A stretch of DNA of 64,000 bases from Planctomycetota bacterium (GTDB lineage Bacteria; Planctomycetota; SZUA-567; H5-PLA8). The notes under the pieces were generated by a model. That model did not search any database. It had not been told where the DNA came from and saw only the letters and a list, made by a program, of their open reading frames with translations. The DNA is taken from NCBI GenBank assembly GCA_038227875.1, contig JBBRPR010000012.1, positions 32,001 to 96,000 on the forward strand. Reading direction: 5' to 3'. Made by a program: the position numbers and the translations under genes. This document shows, piece by piece, positions 18,885 through 29,624 of this stretch (position 1 is the first letter of the stretch; each line of letters begins with the position of its first letter).

Positions 18885-21461
18885 TCAGGGCTTTTTATCG
18901 TCGTCGTCTCCGTCGTCGTCAGCGGGCTCGCCGTTGGATTCAGGATAGGGCGCGTCGCCGCGAGCGGAGAACCAGATGGCGCGGTTTAAGGTGCCTTCGT
19001 CGGCGCAATCGGGGTTGGTGAAACACAGTGCCTTCGACTTCGTGGCCCACATTAACCCCGAGCCGCGCTGCTTTTCCAGAGGCGGATTGAGCGTATCCAG
19101 CGCAATCTTGTTGGCGATGCACTGAAAGGGCGTGGCGTCGGGTTTTTCCTGGAAGCAGTTGCGCATGGCAGTGGCGGAGAGATCGAGCTGGTTCATGCAG
19201 GGAAGACCCAGGATCAATTCCATGGTCTTGACCATTCCGGTCTGATTGTAGTTGGTGTGGTCGACGAATTTGCGGCGGGTGTACGGGCTGATCACCAGCG
19301 CGGGGGCGCGATGGCCATCGACATGGTCGGCGCCGTTCTGCGCGTCGTCTTCGACCACGAAGATACAGGTTTCCGGCCAGAAGCTGCTCTTGCTGATCGC
19401 TTCGACGATCTGCCCGACCGCCAGGTCGTTGTCCGCGACCATCGCTTGCGGTGTCGGCATGTTGGGCGAGAGTCCGGCGGTGTGATTGCTGGGCAAATAG
19501 ATGTAGGTGAGGTTCGGGAATTCCTTTTTCTGTTCGTTGAGTTTGAACTCGTCGAGAAAAATGTGAGCGCGGTAGACATCCGGAACATCGAGCAACCAGC
19601 CGGGATAGTCCGGATGGGTGTGCTCCTTCAATCCTGGCAGAGTGGCGTGCACGTTCACCTTCAGCCGTCCGGCGTTGTTCTTGAATTGCTTGTAGGCGTC
19701 GGCCCAGGAGAGCGCGGAATCGGTCAGCGTTCCTTCGCCGTAGTTGAAAAAAGTTTTGTGATGAGAGAGCGCGTTGTCCCACAGAAATCCGCTCGGCGAA
19801 AACGCGAGCGGGTCCTGCAGGTCGTTGGGCGCATCGCGTAGCGCGCCGAAGGATTTCTCGAGGTAATCGCTGCAGTAGGCCTCGTTGACCCACGCGTGTC
19901 CGTCGACGCTGAGTGTGCCGCTGCAGTAGAAATTATCGAAGAGCGTGAACTGGCGGGCCAGCGCGTGCTGGTTGGGCGTGTTGTCGTCGCCGAAATTCAA
20001 GAACGCAGGATCGCCGTTGCCTTCGGGGATATCGCCAAAAATCTGATCGTAGGTGCGATTCTCTTTGATGATGTAGACGACGTGCTTGAAACACGAGGGC
20101 TCACCATGGCGCGCAGGAATCGGCACGGACTTGATGTCCGCACGCGGCGGGTCGAGACCCGCCAGGCTGTACGCCAGGCGGTTGTTCTCACTGACTTCGC
20201 GCGAGTACGCGGCCAGGCGCGCGGCATCGGGGACGTCGATGATGGAGATCGTGCCCAGATGATCGCGGGTGCGATGGCCCAATTTCGGATCAGTCTGGCT
20301 CAACGCGCCGTGACCTTTTACGTTGGCGACGACCAGCGTCTTGCCGTCGCCGGAAATCAGGATCGCGCCGGGGAACCAGCCAGTGGGAATCAAGCCGGCG
20401 AGGACACTGTCCTTAGATCCGCCGACGATTCCCGACGCATTCGCTCCGAGAGCGATCACGGCGATGCAATTGTTGGTGCCGTTGGCGACGTAGAGCGTGT
20501 TGCCGTCGGGGCTCAGCGCGACGGCGTTGGAGCCGCTGCCGAGCGGTAATTTGCCATCGGGTTTGCAGGCGATGGTTTCGATGACGGCGTCCATCTGCGT
20601 GTCGATGACCGAGACGCTGTCGGAGGTGGCGTTGGCGACGTAGAGGCGCGTTTCCGCTGCGTTCAAGGTCATGCCACTGGGATGCAGTCCGACGCGGATC
20701 GTCTTGAGCTGCTTGAATTTTTCGCCGCTCCGGGCCACCACGGAGACGGTGCCGTCGTTGGCGATGCCGGTCTGCGGATCGACGCGGATGGCCGTGCCCG
20801 ACGTCTGGCCCACCGAGTTGCCGGCGCGCGGCGGATCGCCGCCCCAGTTGCTTACATAGACTTTGCCGCTTTTCGTAGCGACGACCGTGTATGGCGCGAC
20901 GCCGACGTCGACGACGTCGACCACTTTGTGTTTCAACAGATCGACGCGCTGGACGGAGTTGCCGAGCGTGGCGGCGACCCAGAGTGTGTTGGGTTCCGGA
21001 GCCCATGCCATGCCTGCGGGATTCGCTTCGCCTCCGGCCGGTGAGTTCAGGCGCACGTCGCCGTTCCAATCGTACGAACCCTTCTCGTCTGCAGCGGCGA
21101 TGCGCACATGGTTGCTCGCGTCGGTGACGAAGATGCGATCGCCATTAGCCAGCAATCCGGTGACGCCAAAGTCTGCCGGGCTAACCAGCGGCGCGTGCAG
21201 CTGTCCGGTGGTGAGATCGTAGAAGAGCAGCGATTTCATATTCTTAATCGCGACTGTTTTGCCGTCGGCAGTCCATGCCAGATCGACCGGTCGCCCCGCG
21301 AATGTGATCTGCTTGCCAGCGGGATGAAGAATTTGATTCGTGGGGACGACAATTCGGCCGTCGGGCTGAGTACCGACCTGCAACTGATCCGCCTCCGCGG
21401 CCTGGAGCGCCAAGGTCAGCGTGCTCATTGCCACAGCAAGGAATCTTAGCGCGTACATCAT
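18885..21461 (-). CDS. Secreted YVTN/YncE beta-propeller plus alkaline-phosphatase-superfamily phosphoesterase
   Basis: Signal peptide; LYVAN repeats; KHVVYIIKENRTYDQIFGD, SVDGH, VEDDAQNGADHVDGHR. Confidence 0.88.
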   Translation of the reverse strand: MMYALRFLAVAMSTLTLALQAAEADQLQVGTQPDGRIVVPTNQILHPAGKQITFAGRPVDLAWTADGKTVAIKNMKSLLFYDLTTGQLHAPLVSPADFGVTGLLANGDRIFVTDASNHVRIAAADEKGSYDWNGDVRLNSPAGGEANPAGMAWAPEPNTLWVAATLGNSVQRVDLLKHKVVDVVDVGVAPYTVVATKSGKVYVSNWGGDPPRAGNSVGQTSGTAIRVDPQTGIANDGTVSVVARSGEKFKQLKTIRVGLHPSGMTLNAAETRLYVANATSDSVSVIDTQMDAVIETIACKPDGKLPLGSGSNAVALSPDGNTLYVANGTNNCIAVIALGANASGIVGGSKDSVLAGLIPTGWFPGAILISGDGKTLVVANVKGHGALSQTDPKLGHRTRDHLGTISIIDVPDAARLAAYSREVSENNRLAYSLAGLDPPRADIKSVPIPARHGEPSCFKHVVYIIKENRTYDQIFGDIPEGNGDPAFLNFGDDNTPNQHALARQFTLFDNFYCSGTLSVDGHAWVNEAYCSDYLEKSFGALRDAPNDLQDPLAFSPSGFLWDNALSHHKTFFNYGEGTLTDSALSWADAYKQFKNNAGRLKVNVHATLPGLKEHTHPDYPGWLLDVPDVYRAHIFLDEFKLNEQKKEFPNLTYIYLPSNHTAGLSPNMPTPQAMVADNDLAVGQIVEAISKSSFWPETCIFVVEDDAQNGADHVDGHRAPALVISPYTRRKFVDHTNYNQTGMVKTMELILGLPCMNQLDLSATAMRNCFQEKPDATPFQCIANKIALDTLNPPLEKQRGSGLMWATKSKALCFTNPDCADEGTLNRAIWFSARGDAPYPESNGEPADDDGDDDDKKP

Positions 21462-21864
21462 GTGGTTGTGTGTCCTGAGATGCTGGAGCCCGGCTTGCCG
21501 GATCGGATTTGAACCTTAGCGCAACCACCGCGCCGAACGGCGAACGAGAGTGTGAAACCCAGTTGGTGCGGGGAACCGCGTTGTGCATCCCAAACGAATT
21601 CCACGACACACTGGATGATATTCGGTCAGTGGTGACTAATTCTGGTTCCTATCGCTCGTCAATGACCACGGAAATATGCGAATTGTTGCTATTAGTCCAC
21701 GAGCTATTCGGTCCACCAATCTCGCGCTTATAGCGCTGAAATTCGGTCATGGCGCAGGATGTGCATCAACTGAAGCTCGATAGTCAGTCTATCCATCACC
21801 GCCGTATCGCGCGCGCTGGGTATTAAAAGTCGCGCGATCTATTTGAGTTGGATGGGAGAACCGC

Positions 21865-24276
21865 ATGAAATCCTTCTATGCCGTCACGCTTTTGATCGCG
21901 AGTATGACGCTGCTGAACAGTACGGCGCCTGCATTTGGAGTCGAGCAGCTGGACCGCGTGATCTCGATGACCGGAGGCGGAAGCACTCTGTCTTATAACA
22001 TCGCCACGGCGATGAAGAGCACTGGCGTCTCCACCACCGCGACCGGAAAAGTTAAAGCGAAACTGACTCGAAAAGGGACGGCCATCAATGAACAGTTGAC
22101 GATTCAACTGCTCAACCTGGTTCCCAATTCTCCCTATCAGCTCATGGCCTTCATCGGCGACAGCGCGACTCCGACACTGTTAAACGGATTCACTACCAAC
22201 GCCGATGGAACCTTCACCAGCACGCTGAAATCGATGGGTGGAAACGCCAATCCCGCGTTGCTCAATGCGCTGGGTGTGCTCAGCAATGTGCGCGAAATCG
22301 ATATTGTCAATGGCGCTGGTCAAACGGTGCTCCAGGCGGACATGGTTGATCCGGACAAGCTGACGAGTTCCTTTAAGCGTCGGCTGGACAACACCGGAAT
22401 TGTGGTGGCTGCCATCGGCACGCTTCAAATTAAAGCGACCCAAAAGGGAATTCGCTTCCAATTGCAGGTCAGCGGCTTGACGCCATTAACGCCTTATCAA
22501 TTTCTGTGCAACGGACAGGTGTTGCAGAAGTTCACTTCGGACAAGAAGGGGAAACTGAAGTTCAAGCTGACGATTCCGTCTGGCGGCAATCCGGATACGT
22601 CGCTGGATGTATTCGATATTCGCGAGCTTTCGCTGACTGATGTAACCGGCGCAGTCGTGATTCTGCTGACGGGCGACAGTTTTCCGACGGTCATTTCCAC
22701 CACGCCGATCAGTGGCGCAACTGGCGCGGCCATCAACGGAACCATCACCGCGACGTTCAACAAAGCGATGGATCCGTCCACGCTCAGCGCGACGACGTTT
22801 ACCGTGCAGCAGGGAACCACCACGTACGCTGGCACGGTGACTTACAGTGGAACGACCGCGACGTTCGCGCTGGCCAGCAATCTGCCCGCGAATACCGTCA
22901 TTACCGCGACGATCACAACCGGCGCTAAAGATGTTGCCGGCACACCGCTGGCGTCGAATTACAGCTGGACGTTTACCACGCTATTTCTATCCAACGGAAA
23001 TCCGCCTCGCGTGATTGCGACCGCGCCGGCCGACAAGGCCACAAACGTAGCGTTGAATCGTTCCGTTACCGCCACCTTTGATAAGGCGATGGACGGGACG
23101 ACGATTAACACGACGACGTTCACGGTAACGCAGGGCGTCACGCCGATTTCCGGTGCAGTGACCTATTCCGGCGTAACCGCGGTTTTCAAGCCCACCACGA
23201 ATTTCGCCGCCAACTCTCTATTTACTGCCACGATTACCACCGGAGTCAAAGACTCGGTGGGGAATGCGCTGCTCAACAATTACACGTGGGCATTCACCAC
23301 GGGTTCGACCGCCGACGCAATTCCTCCTACGGTGCTTTCCACCAACCCAAATAACGCTGCAACCAATGTCGCGATCAATCAAACCACCAATGCCACCTTC
23401 AGTGAAGGGATGGACCCGCAAACATTCATTGCCTCCAATTTCTTCCTGACAGGACCTGGTGCGACGCCGGTTTCCGGAACGGTGGCCTACGACGTCAATA
23501 GCAACATCGGCAGCTTCGTCCCGTCGAGTAATCTCGCGCCTAATACCCTGTTTACGGCGACGGTGACGACCGGAGTCACGGACCTTGCTGGCAACGCGCT
23601 GGCGGCGAATAAGGTGTGGACGTTCACCACGGGAACGCAGCTGAATCAGACAAAGATCAACCTTGGGTCGGCAGGAAATTTCGCGACTCTAGCGGGGTCG
23701 ACGGTCACCAGCGTGGGTCCGACGGTGTTGAACGGCGATTTGGGAGTCAGTCCGGGTACGGCCGTGACCGGCTTCCCGCCCGGAATGATCAACGGAGCGA
23801 TTCACGCGGGCGACAACACCGCCGCTCAGGCCAAGGTCGATCTGCTCGCCGCGTACAACGACGGCGCTTCGCGCCTGAACCCCGCGGTGCTTCCGGGAAA
23901 TCTCGGCGGTCTCACGCTCACCCCAGGACTCTACAAGACCGCAAGTTCAACCGGCATCAACGGAACCGGGCCGCAAGCAATCTTGACGCTCGACGCGCAA
24001 GGCGACGCCAACGCCATTTTCGTCTTCCAAATGGGGACCACGCTGATCACGACCGTCGGCACTCAAGTTGTGCTCAGTGGAGGCGCGAAGGCCGCGAACA
24101 TTTACTGGCAGGTCGGATCGTCGGCGACGCTGGGCACGAACTCGATCTTCAAGGGCAACGTTCTGGCCGACCAATCCATCACGGTGACCACCGGCGTGGT
24201 GCTGGAAGGACGCGTGCTCACTCAAGTCGGTGGCGTGACATTGGACTCCAACACCATTACATCGCCGGCGCCTTGA
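21865..24276 (+). CDS. Secreted ice-binding-like protein: three Ig-like (Big_5) domains plus C-terminal DUF3494
   Basis: Three PxV.ST.P..AT.V..N..ITATF...MD...G.KD..G.L...Y.W.FTT repeats. DUF3494 signatures GDLGVSPGT, LTPGLY, IFVFQ, ANIYWQVGSSATLG, GRVL. Confidence 0.88.
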   Translation: MKSFYAVTLLIASMTLLNSTAPAFGVEQLDRVISMTGGGSTLSYNIATAMKSTGVSTTATGKVKAKLTRKGTAINEQLTIQLLNLVPNSPYQLMAFIGDSATPTLLNGFTTNADGTFTSTLKSMGGNANPALLNALGVLSNVREIDIVNGAGQTVLQADMVDPDKLTSSFKRRLDNTGIVVAAIGTLQIKATQKGIRFQLQVSGLTPLTPYQFLCNGQVLQKFTSDKKGKLKFKLTIPSGGNPDTSLDVFDIRELSLTDVTGAVVILLTGDSFPTVISTTPISGATGAAINGTITATFNKAMDPSTLSATTFTVQQGTTTYAGTVTYSGTTATFALASNLPANTVITATITTGAKDVAGTPLASNYSWTFTTLFLSNGNPPRVIATAPADKATNVALNRSVTATFDKAMDGTTINTTTFTVTQGVTPISGAVTYSGVTAVFKPTTNFAANSLFTATITTGVKDSVGNALLNNYTWAFTTGSTADAIPPTVLSTNPNNAATNVAINQTTNATFSEGMDPQTFIASNFFLTGPGATPVSGTVAYDVNSNIGSFVPSSNLAPNTLFTATVTTGVTDLAGNALAANKVWTFTTGTQLNQTKINLGSAGNFATLAGSTVTSVGPTVLNGDLGVSPGTAVTGFPPGMINGAIHAGDNTAAQAKVDLLAAYNDGASRLNPAVLPGNLGGLTLTPGLYKTASSTGINGTGPQAILTLDAQGDANAIFVFQMGTTLITTVGTQVVLSGGAKAANIYWQVGSSATLGTNSIFKGNVLADQSITVTTGVVLEGRVLTQVGGVTLDSNTITSPAP

Positions 24277-24308
24277 ACAGCCGGCGGTTTGTTCGTCAAT
24301 CTTAGGAG

Positions 24309-25841
24309 GTGCTCGTGAAAACCAAATTTGGACTCTTGTGCGCAGCGATATTCGTGGGATCACTTGCGTTAACACACAGCGCCCATGCCGCAGGTGTAGC
24401 GGCGGACAAAATTCATTTCAAAGACAAGGTGGATAAGGAATCCACCAGCCAGTTGCAAATGTCCTTTGCCGCGGTCAATGTCATCGGCTTGCCCACCACG
24501 GGCAAGAAACTGGTGCCGACGCTGGCCGGACAGACGGTGACGTTCACCCTCGGAAGCGCTTCGTTTCAAGGCACTGCCGATTCGAAGGGCAAGGTTGCCG
24601 CGCCGTTTAACGCCATGCTCCACGGCACCACATTTACGCTGAAGTACAAAGGCCTCCTGTTGATTTCGCTTTTGCCGCTTGCAACCGCCGACGGCAAGGA
24701 CAAGACCGTTGCCGCGCATTTCAGTGTAACAGCCAATCTGGCCGGCCAGGCGCAAGTGGTCCTGGTGGACAAGACGGTGGTCCTGATTTACACAGCCCGG
24801 AACGGGAACATTACGGGCAAAGGCCCGGCTCCTGAGCTGGACACAGTAAGTCCGACGGTGCTCTCGACCAATCCCGCAAACGGCGCCACAAATGCGCCCA
24901 TCAACCGGAATATCACCGCGACATTCAGCGAGAAGATGGACGCGTCCACGCTGAACACGTCTTCCATGACCGTGTTGCAGGGGAGCACGCCGGTTGCCGG
25001 CACTGTCAGCTATTCGGGCTCCACAGCCGTGTTCAAACCTACCGCTCCGTTGATTTTGAATGCCGCGTACACGGCTTCGATCGCCACCGGCGCCAAGGAC
25101 CTGGCGGGCAATCCGCTAGGCGCCACATTTACCTGGACTTTCAATACCGGCGCCGTCGCTGCTGCGGGACCTGCTCCAGTCGTGCTCGGTGCGGCCGGTA
25201 GCTTTGCGATCCTGGCGAAATCGGGAATAGATACCGTGCCGACCTCGGCCATCACCGGAAATATCGGCGTCAGTCCTGTGGCCGCCACGTTTATTACTGG
25301 CTTTGCCTTGGTCGCCGATTCCTCAAATGTGTTTTCAACGTCTACGCAGGTGACCGGGAAGGTGTTCGCCTCCGATTACGCCGTTCCCACTCCGGTTAAT
25401 CTGACGACGGCCGTCAACGATATGGAGACCGCCTACACCGACGCCGCGGGACGCCCCACGCCGGATTTCTCCGATCTGGGCGCCGGCAACATCAGCGGCC
25501 TGACACTGGTTCCCGGGCTTTACAAATGGGGCACGGGTCTTTCCATTAACACGGATGTCACGCTCAGCGGCGGACCCAACGACGTCTGGATTTTCCAGGT
25601 GGGTCAAGGCATTACGGAAGCCAATGGTGCGCACATTATTCTCACCGGCGGCGCGCTGCCTCAGAACATCTTCTGGCAATCTGCTGGAGTGGTGGCGATG
25701 GGAACGACGGCGCATTTCGAAGGTGTGGTGATGTCTCAGACGTCGATTACGCTGGACACCGGCGCCACGATTAACGGCCGATTGCTGGCGCAAACGGCAG
25801 TCACGCTGAAGTCAGCCACAGTAAGTCAGCCCGCGCAGTAG
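24309..25841 (+). CDS. Secreted ice-binding-like protein: one Big_5 domain plus DUF3494
   Basis: FAILAKSGI, ITGNIGVSP, AYTDAAGRP, LVPGLYKW, DVWIFQ, NIFWQ, GRLLAQTAVTL. AGGAGG upstream; start may be the GTG at 24315. Confidence 0.9.
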   Translation: MLVKTKFGLLCAAIFVGSLALTHSAHAAGVAADKIHFKDKVDKESTSQLQMSFAAVNVIGLPTTGKKLVPTLAGQTVTFTLGSASFQGTADSKGKVAAPFNAMLHGTTFTLKYKGLLLISLLPLATADGKDKTVAAHFSVTANLAGQAQVVLVDKTVVLIYTARNGNITGKGPAPELDTVSPTVLSTNPANGATNAPINRNITATFSEKMDASTLNTSSMTVLQGSTPVAGTVSYSGSTAVFKPTAPLILNAAYTASIATGAKDLAGNPLGATFTWTFNTGAVAAAGPAPVVLGAAGSFAILAKSGIDTVPTSAITGNIGVSPVAATFITGFALVADSSNVFSTSTQVTGKVFASDYAVPTPVNLTTAVNDMETAYTDAAGRPTPDFSDLGAGNISGLTLVPGLYKWGTGLSINTDVTLSGGPNDVWIFQVGQGITEANGAHIILTGGALPQNIFWQSAGVVAMGTTAHFEGVVMSQTSITLDTGATINGRLLAQTAVTLKSATVSQPAQ

Positions 25842-25990
25842 TAGTCATGCTATCGGCTTTTATTAAATGCGCACGATTGATGAAATCGTGCGCATGGTTT
25901 TTGATATTTGTCACAGCGGTGTACTTACTCACTACTTTCCATCAACCGAATACTTCTTCCAGCTCCCGTTATTCGTTCGAAGAATGCGCG

Positions 25991-26431
25991 TTAAACTTTA
26001 TTGCTAAACCAAATTTCGCAGGGGCCAAGAAGTCCCGGATTTCCAATATTTTGGAAAGCGCGGAACAAGCTCTTTGGGCGGAAGCGCTGGAACATGCGAA
26101 ATCCGCATTGGCCGGTGCGCTCGGCGGCTTCAACCAGGACGGCGGGCGATTTTTCGCTATCGATGGTTACTGCGCCATCGTAAACGAGCGCGTAGCTGCA
26201 AACAGTATCCGGCAATTCTGAGATATGTTTTCGCGCTTCTTCCACGGCTTCCGCGGGCGAGTTCCCTGTCATGAATCGGTGGAGTTCGCGCGAGCCGCCC
26301 CTTTTTTCGAACATGACAAAGGGAATAAGCGGTGAGCCGGCATCTTTAATGGAATCGATACCGTGATCCATCGCGGGCCAGAGTAGGTTCAAAAGTCTTT
26401 CTGTGGGACGCGGTCGGTCTGGTGTGGTCAT
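25991..26431 (-). CDS. Hypothetical protein
   Basis: 146-aa ORF with a globular-looking sequence (PLIPFV...YALVYDG..AVLVEAAE). GAGGA upstream. Confidence 0.6.
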   Translation of the reverse strand: MTTPDRPRPTERLLNLLWPAMDHGIDSIKDAGSPLIPFVMFEKRGGSRELHRFMTGNSPAEAVEEARKHISELPDTVCSYALVYDGAVTIDSEKSPAVLVEAAERTGQCGFRMFQRFRPKSLFRAFQNIGNPGLLGPCEIWFSNKV

Positions 26432-26748
26432 AGACTAGACCTTGTTTCCTCATAGTCGTAGCGATTCAGAATTAGCGCGACCAAGACATTAATCTAATGC
26501 GCTGGGACTCGCAATGCATCGTTATGTATATATGGAATTCGACGCTACTTATGGACGGAACCCGCGATAGGGTACTTTGCAATGCACATGTGCCTCCTCG
26601 CTATCTTTTTGCACATCATGTCCTTTCCTAGAGTGGCGGATATAAAACAAGGGTTTATAGTGGGTTCCAAAATTGATCGCAGCATGACCATGGGTTTTCG
26701 ACGTCTTAGACAAATGGCCTTTTTGCTTTCCGGGCAGTGGAGCTTTTG

Positions 26749-28599
26749 ATGGCGACTGGACTGGGAATCGACGTCGGGTCGGAGTCGATCAAAGTTGTTC
26801 AAGTTAAGGTGTCCGGTGGCGTCGTCACGGTCACGGGCGCGATCAAAATTCCGCGCGGGCCCATCGATCACGGGCCGGCGACCGGACCGGTGATGAAGCG
26901 TGACGGGCAGAGCTTCAGTCTCACTGAACAGGCTCCGCCTGCGGAAGAATCCCACGCGCCGCCGGCGTTTTCCATTCCGGATACGCTGGGCGAAGAACTC
27001 AAGAAAGCCAATCTCCGCCGCTCGGGGACGCTGGGAATTTCCGGGCGCGAAGTGATCTTGAAGTACCTGCTCACGCCGCCGATGCCGCCGTTGAAGATGA
27101 AGATGTTCATCGACATGGAAATTGGCGGCAAGATGGGTTCCAAGCAGGCAGTCGATTCCACCTACGATTACAAAGCGCTGAACATGCCGCTGGGTCTGCG
27201 CAACGACCTGGTGATCATGGCGGGGATGTGCAAGAACGAGCACCTCTATGCGGTCAACCAGGCGATGACCGAGGCGAAGGTCACGGCGAAGGTGATCACG
27301 CCGTCGAGCTTCGGGCTGATCAACGCGTACTTGAAGACGCAGACGCCTCCGCCGAATGAAACGGTGGTGCTCGTCGACGTCGGCCATGAACTGATGGAAA
27401 TTGCGATTCTGGAAGAGAATCGTGTCTACTTCGCACGCAGCGCGCCGGGCGGTGGAAAGAAGTTCACAACGGGCATCGAGAAGATATTGAAGTGCGGGAT
27501 GGTCAAGGCGGCGGAGTTCAAGCACGAACGCGCCAAGATTTTTGCGGAAGGCGAAAAGATTCCCGGCAAGCAGGAGCTGGCATTCCAGGCGGCGCTGAAA
27601 GAAGGCGCGGACAACATCGCCGGCGCGATACGATCGTCGGTGACCTTCTGCCGCACGCAGGCGAAGCTGCCGAAGCTCGATTACAATCGCGTGATCCTGT
27701 GCGGCGGCGGTGCGCGGCTGACGGGATTGCCGGAGTACCTCGAGAAGAAGATCGGCAAGCCGGTGCAGGTGCTGGATCTGGCGAAGGATCTGGATCTTCG
27801 CAAGCTGGACGCGGCCAGCGCGAAGTGCTTCGAAGGCAATGTGCCGGACATGGATGTGGCGCTGGGCCTGGCGATCATTGACGCGGATCCGTCGAGCTTC
27901 CACTTTTCGCTCGTGCCGGAAAAAGTGCTGCGCAAGCGCGTCTTCTTCCAGAAGACCGTTTACGGCATGGCGGCGGGCGTGGTGCTGGCGGTGGGGCTGA
28001 TTACGCCGTGGATGAATTCGTCGAAGGCCGTGGAATTGCAGTCGGCGCGCGCGGACGACTTTGCGCAGCTGGAAAAGGAAGCGCGGGAGAAGAAGAAATC
28101 GTTCCGCGCGAAGATTGAGGAAAATCAGGCATTGGCGCGGAAGGTTGACTACTACGCGCGGCAGACGCGCACGGGCCGTGCGTACCTGGATTTGTTCACG
28201 AAGCTCCGTGCAGAACTGCCTGCCGATGCGCAGGTGGTGTTCTTCGGTCCCACGACCGAAGCGCACAACAACAGCGGCGGATCGATGTCCTCCCCCGACG
28301 AAGCGGTGCGCGAAGTGACCGTGGAAGGGCATTACGATACGGATGTTTACCCGGGGACAAAGTTCCAGGACGCGTATGAAATACTGCGCAAGAAACTGCT
28401 GGAGATTCCGGGCATCTCGGATGTGACGTTCGTTGATAAGAACGATGCCAATCCCAAGCCGGGGAGCAAGGAATTCGAATTTAAAATCATGCTGCAGGAT
28501 AACAGTAAGCCGCTGACGGCGGTAAACGCGGCTCCGGCGGCGTCGGCGGACAAGCCGGCCAATCCGGGCAATGCCAATCTCGCTCAGAAAGGTGAATGA
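26749..28599 (+). CDS. pilM: PilM-like actin-fold protein fused to a TM segment and a PilN-like domain
   Basis: GLGIDVGSESIKVV, LVDVGH, VILCGGGARLTGL; then TM segment, coiled coil and ferredoxin-like tail. GGAG precedes the ATG at 26749. Confidence 0.8.
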   Translation: MATGLGIDVGSESIKVVQVKVSGGVVTVTGAIKIPRGPIDHGPATGPVMKRDGQSFSLTEQAPPAEESHAPPAFSIPDTLGEELKKANLRRSGTLGISGREVILKYLLTPPMPPLKMKMFIDMEIGGKMGSKQAVDSTYDYKALNMPLGLRNDLVIMAGMCKNEHLYAVNQAMTEAKVTAKVITPSSFGLINAYLKTQTPPPNETVVLVDVGHELMEIAILEENRVYFARSAPGGGKKFTTGIEKILKCGMVKAAEFKHERAKIFAEGEKIPGKQELAFQAALKEGADNIAGAIRSSVTFCRTQAKLPKLDYNRVILCGGGARLTGLPEYLEKKIGKPVQVLDLAKDLDLRKLDAASAKCFEGNVPDMDVALGLAIIDADPSSFHFSLVPEKVLRKRVFFQKTVYGMAAGVVLAVGLITPWMNSSKAVELQSARADDFAQLEKEAREKKKSFRAKIEENQALARKVDYYARQTRTGRAYLDLFTKLRAELPADAQVVFFGPTTEAHNNSGGSMSSPDEAVREVTVEGHYDTDVYPGTKFQDAYEILRKKLLEIPGISDVTFVDKNDANPKPGSKEFEFKIMLQDNSKPLTAVNAAPAASADKPANPGNANLAQKGE

Positions 28600-29585
28600 T
28601 GTTCTTTCACGAGAACAAAAAACTGATTCTGGGCGCGGCGGTGGGGCTGGGAATCTGGCTATGCGTCGTGTTCATGGGGATCAACAGCAACTGGGCGGTG
28701 CAGGCGCAGAAGCTGAAAGAGACCGAGACGGCGCGACAGAATTGGGACGGCTATTTCATCGCGAAGACCGGTCCCAAGCAGATGCCCAAGAAGGACGCCG
28801 AAAACGAAATCGAACTTTCCAATGCGAAGCTCAAGCAGAACCTGGGTGTGTTGCAGCATCTTGAGTTTGGCACGCCCGATACGCTTCGGACGTTCCAGGA
28901 AGCGGCAGCCGGCAGCGGTGACAAGAAAAGTTATTTCATTCAGCAACGCACGCTGGTTGAGCAGAAGGCGACCACGCAGTGGCACTTGAAGGTTCCGCCG
29001 GATCTGGACATGGTCTCCCGCGCCGACGATCCGGTCAGCCTGAATCTGATGCGCCTGGCGCTCGTGGACAAGTTTCTGCTCTCCTGCCAGGAAGCAAACA
29101 TTCAGCGGGTCACCAAGATCAAGTATGACACGCCGACAGTGATCGAGCCGCCGGAGATCAAGGCGGACCCGAATTCAAAAGACAAGGACGCGAAGGAAGC
29201 GAAGTACGATCCCAAAACGGACGCATCGAAAAAGGGCGGCAAGCCCGCACCGGCGCCGGAAGCGCAGGATAAGTTGATCCAGTTTCCCATTCGCGTGACC
29301 GTGATCGGCCCCGAGCGCGCCGTGGCGCAGTTGTTATTCGAAGTTCAGAAACAGACAGATCATATTCACGGCTATTTTTGCATTAACTCCGTCCGGGTTG
29401 AAATCAACGATGCGGCGACGGGTACGGTGAGAGGAACTCTGGCCTTGTCGGGCTTGCTATCGGAGAAACAGGCCAACGACATGCAGATCAAGTTGAAGAC
29501 CACGACCGGTGGCAGTGGAACAGGCGGCAGCGGAGGCGACGACGATACGCGTCCGTCGCGGAACGTGGATCCGGACAAGTATTGA
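28596..29585 (+). CDS. Putative PilO/GspM-like alignment protein
   Basis: N-terminal TM and coiled coil; C-terminal FPIRVTVIG...LLFEV...FCINSVRVE. Translationally coupled to pilM. Confidence 0.55.
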   Translation: MMFFHENKKLILGAAVGLGIWLCVVFMGINSNWAVQAQKLKETETARQNWDGYFIAKTGPKQMPKKDAENEIELSNAKLKQNLGVLQHLEFGTPDTLRTFQEAAAGSGDKKSYFIQQRTLVEQKATTQWHLKVPPDLDMVSRADDPVSLNLMRLALVDKFLLSCQEANIQRVTKIKYDTPTVIEPPEIKADPNSKDKDAKEAKYDPKTDASKKGGKPAPAPEAQDKLIQFPIRVTVIGPERAVAQLLFEVQKQTDHIHGYFCINSVRVEINDAATGTVRGTLALSGLLSEKQANDMQIKLKTTTGGSGTGGSGGDDDTRPSRNVDPDKY

Positions 29586-29624
29586 GGCGTGATAATTTTC
29601 AGTGCGTAGCGAGAGGCGATCACG

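Noticed and set aside
25847..26221. 124-aa plus-strand ORF after the ice-binding genes
   Set aside because: Overlaps the more protein-like minus-strand ORF at 25991-26431; no motif.
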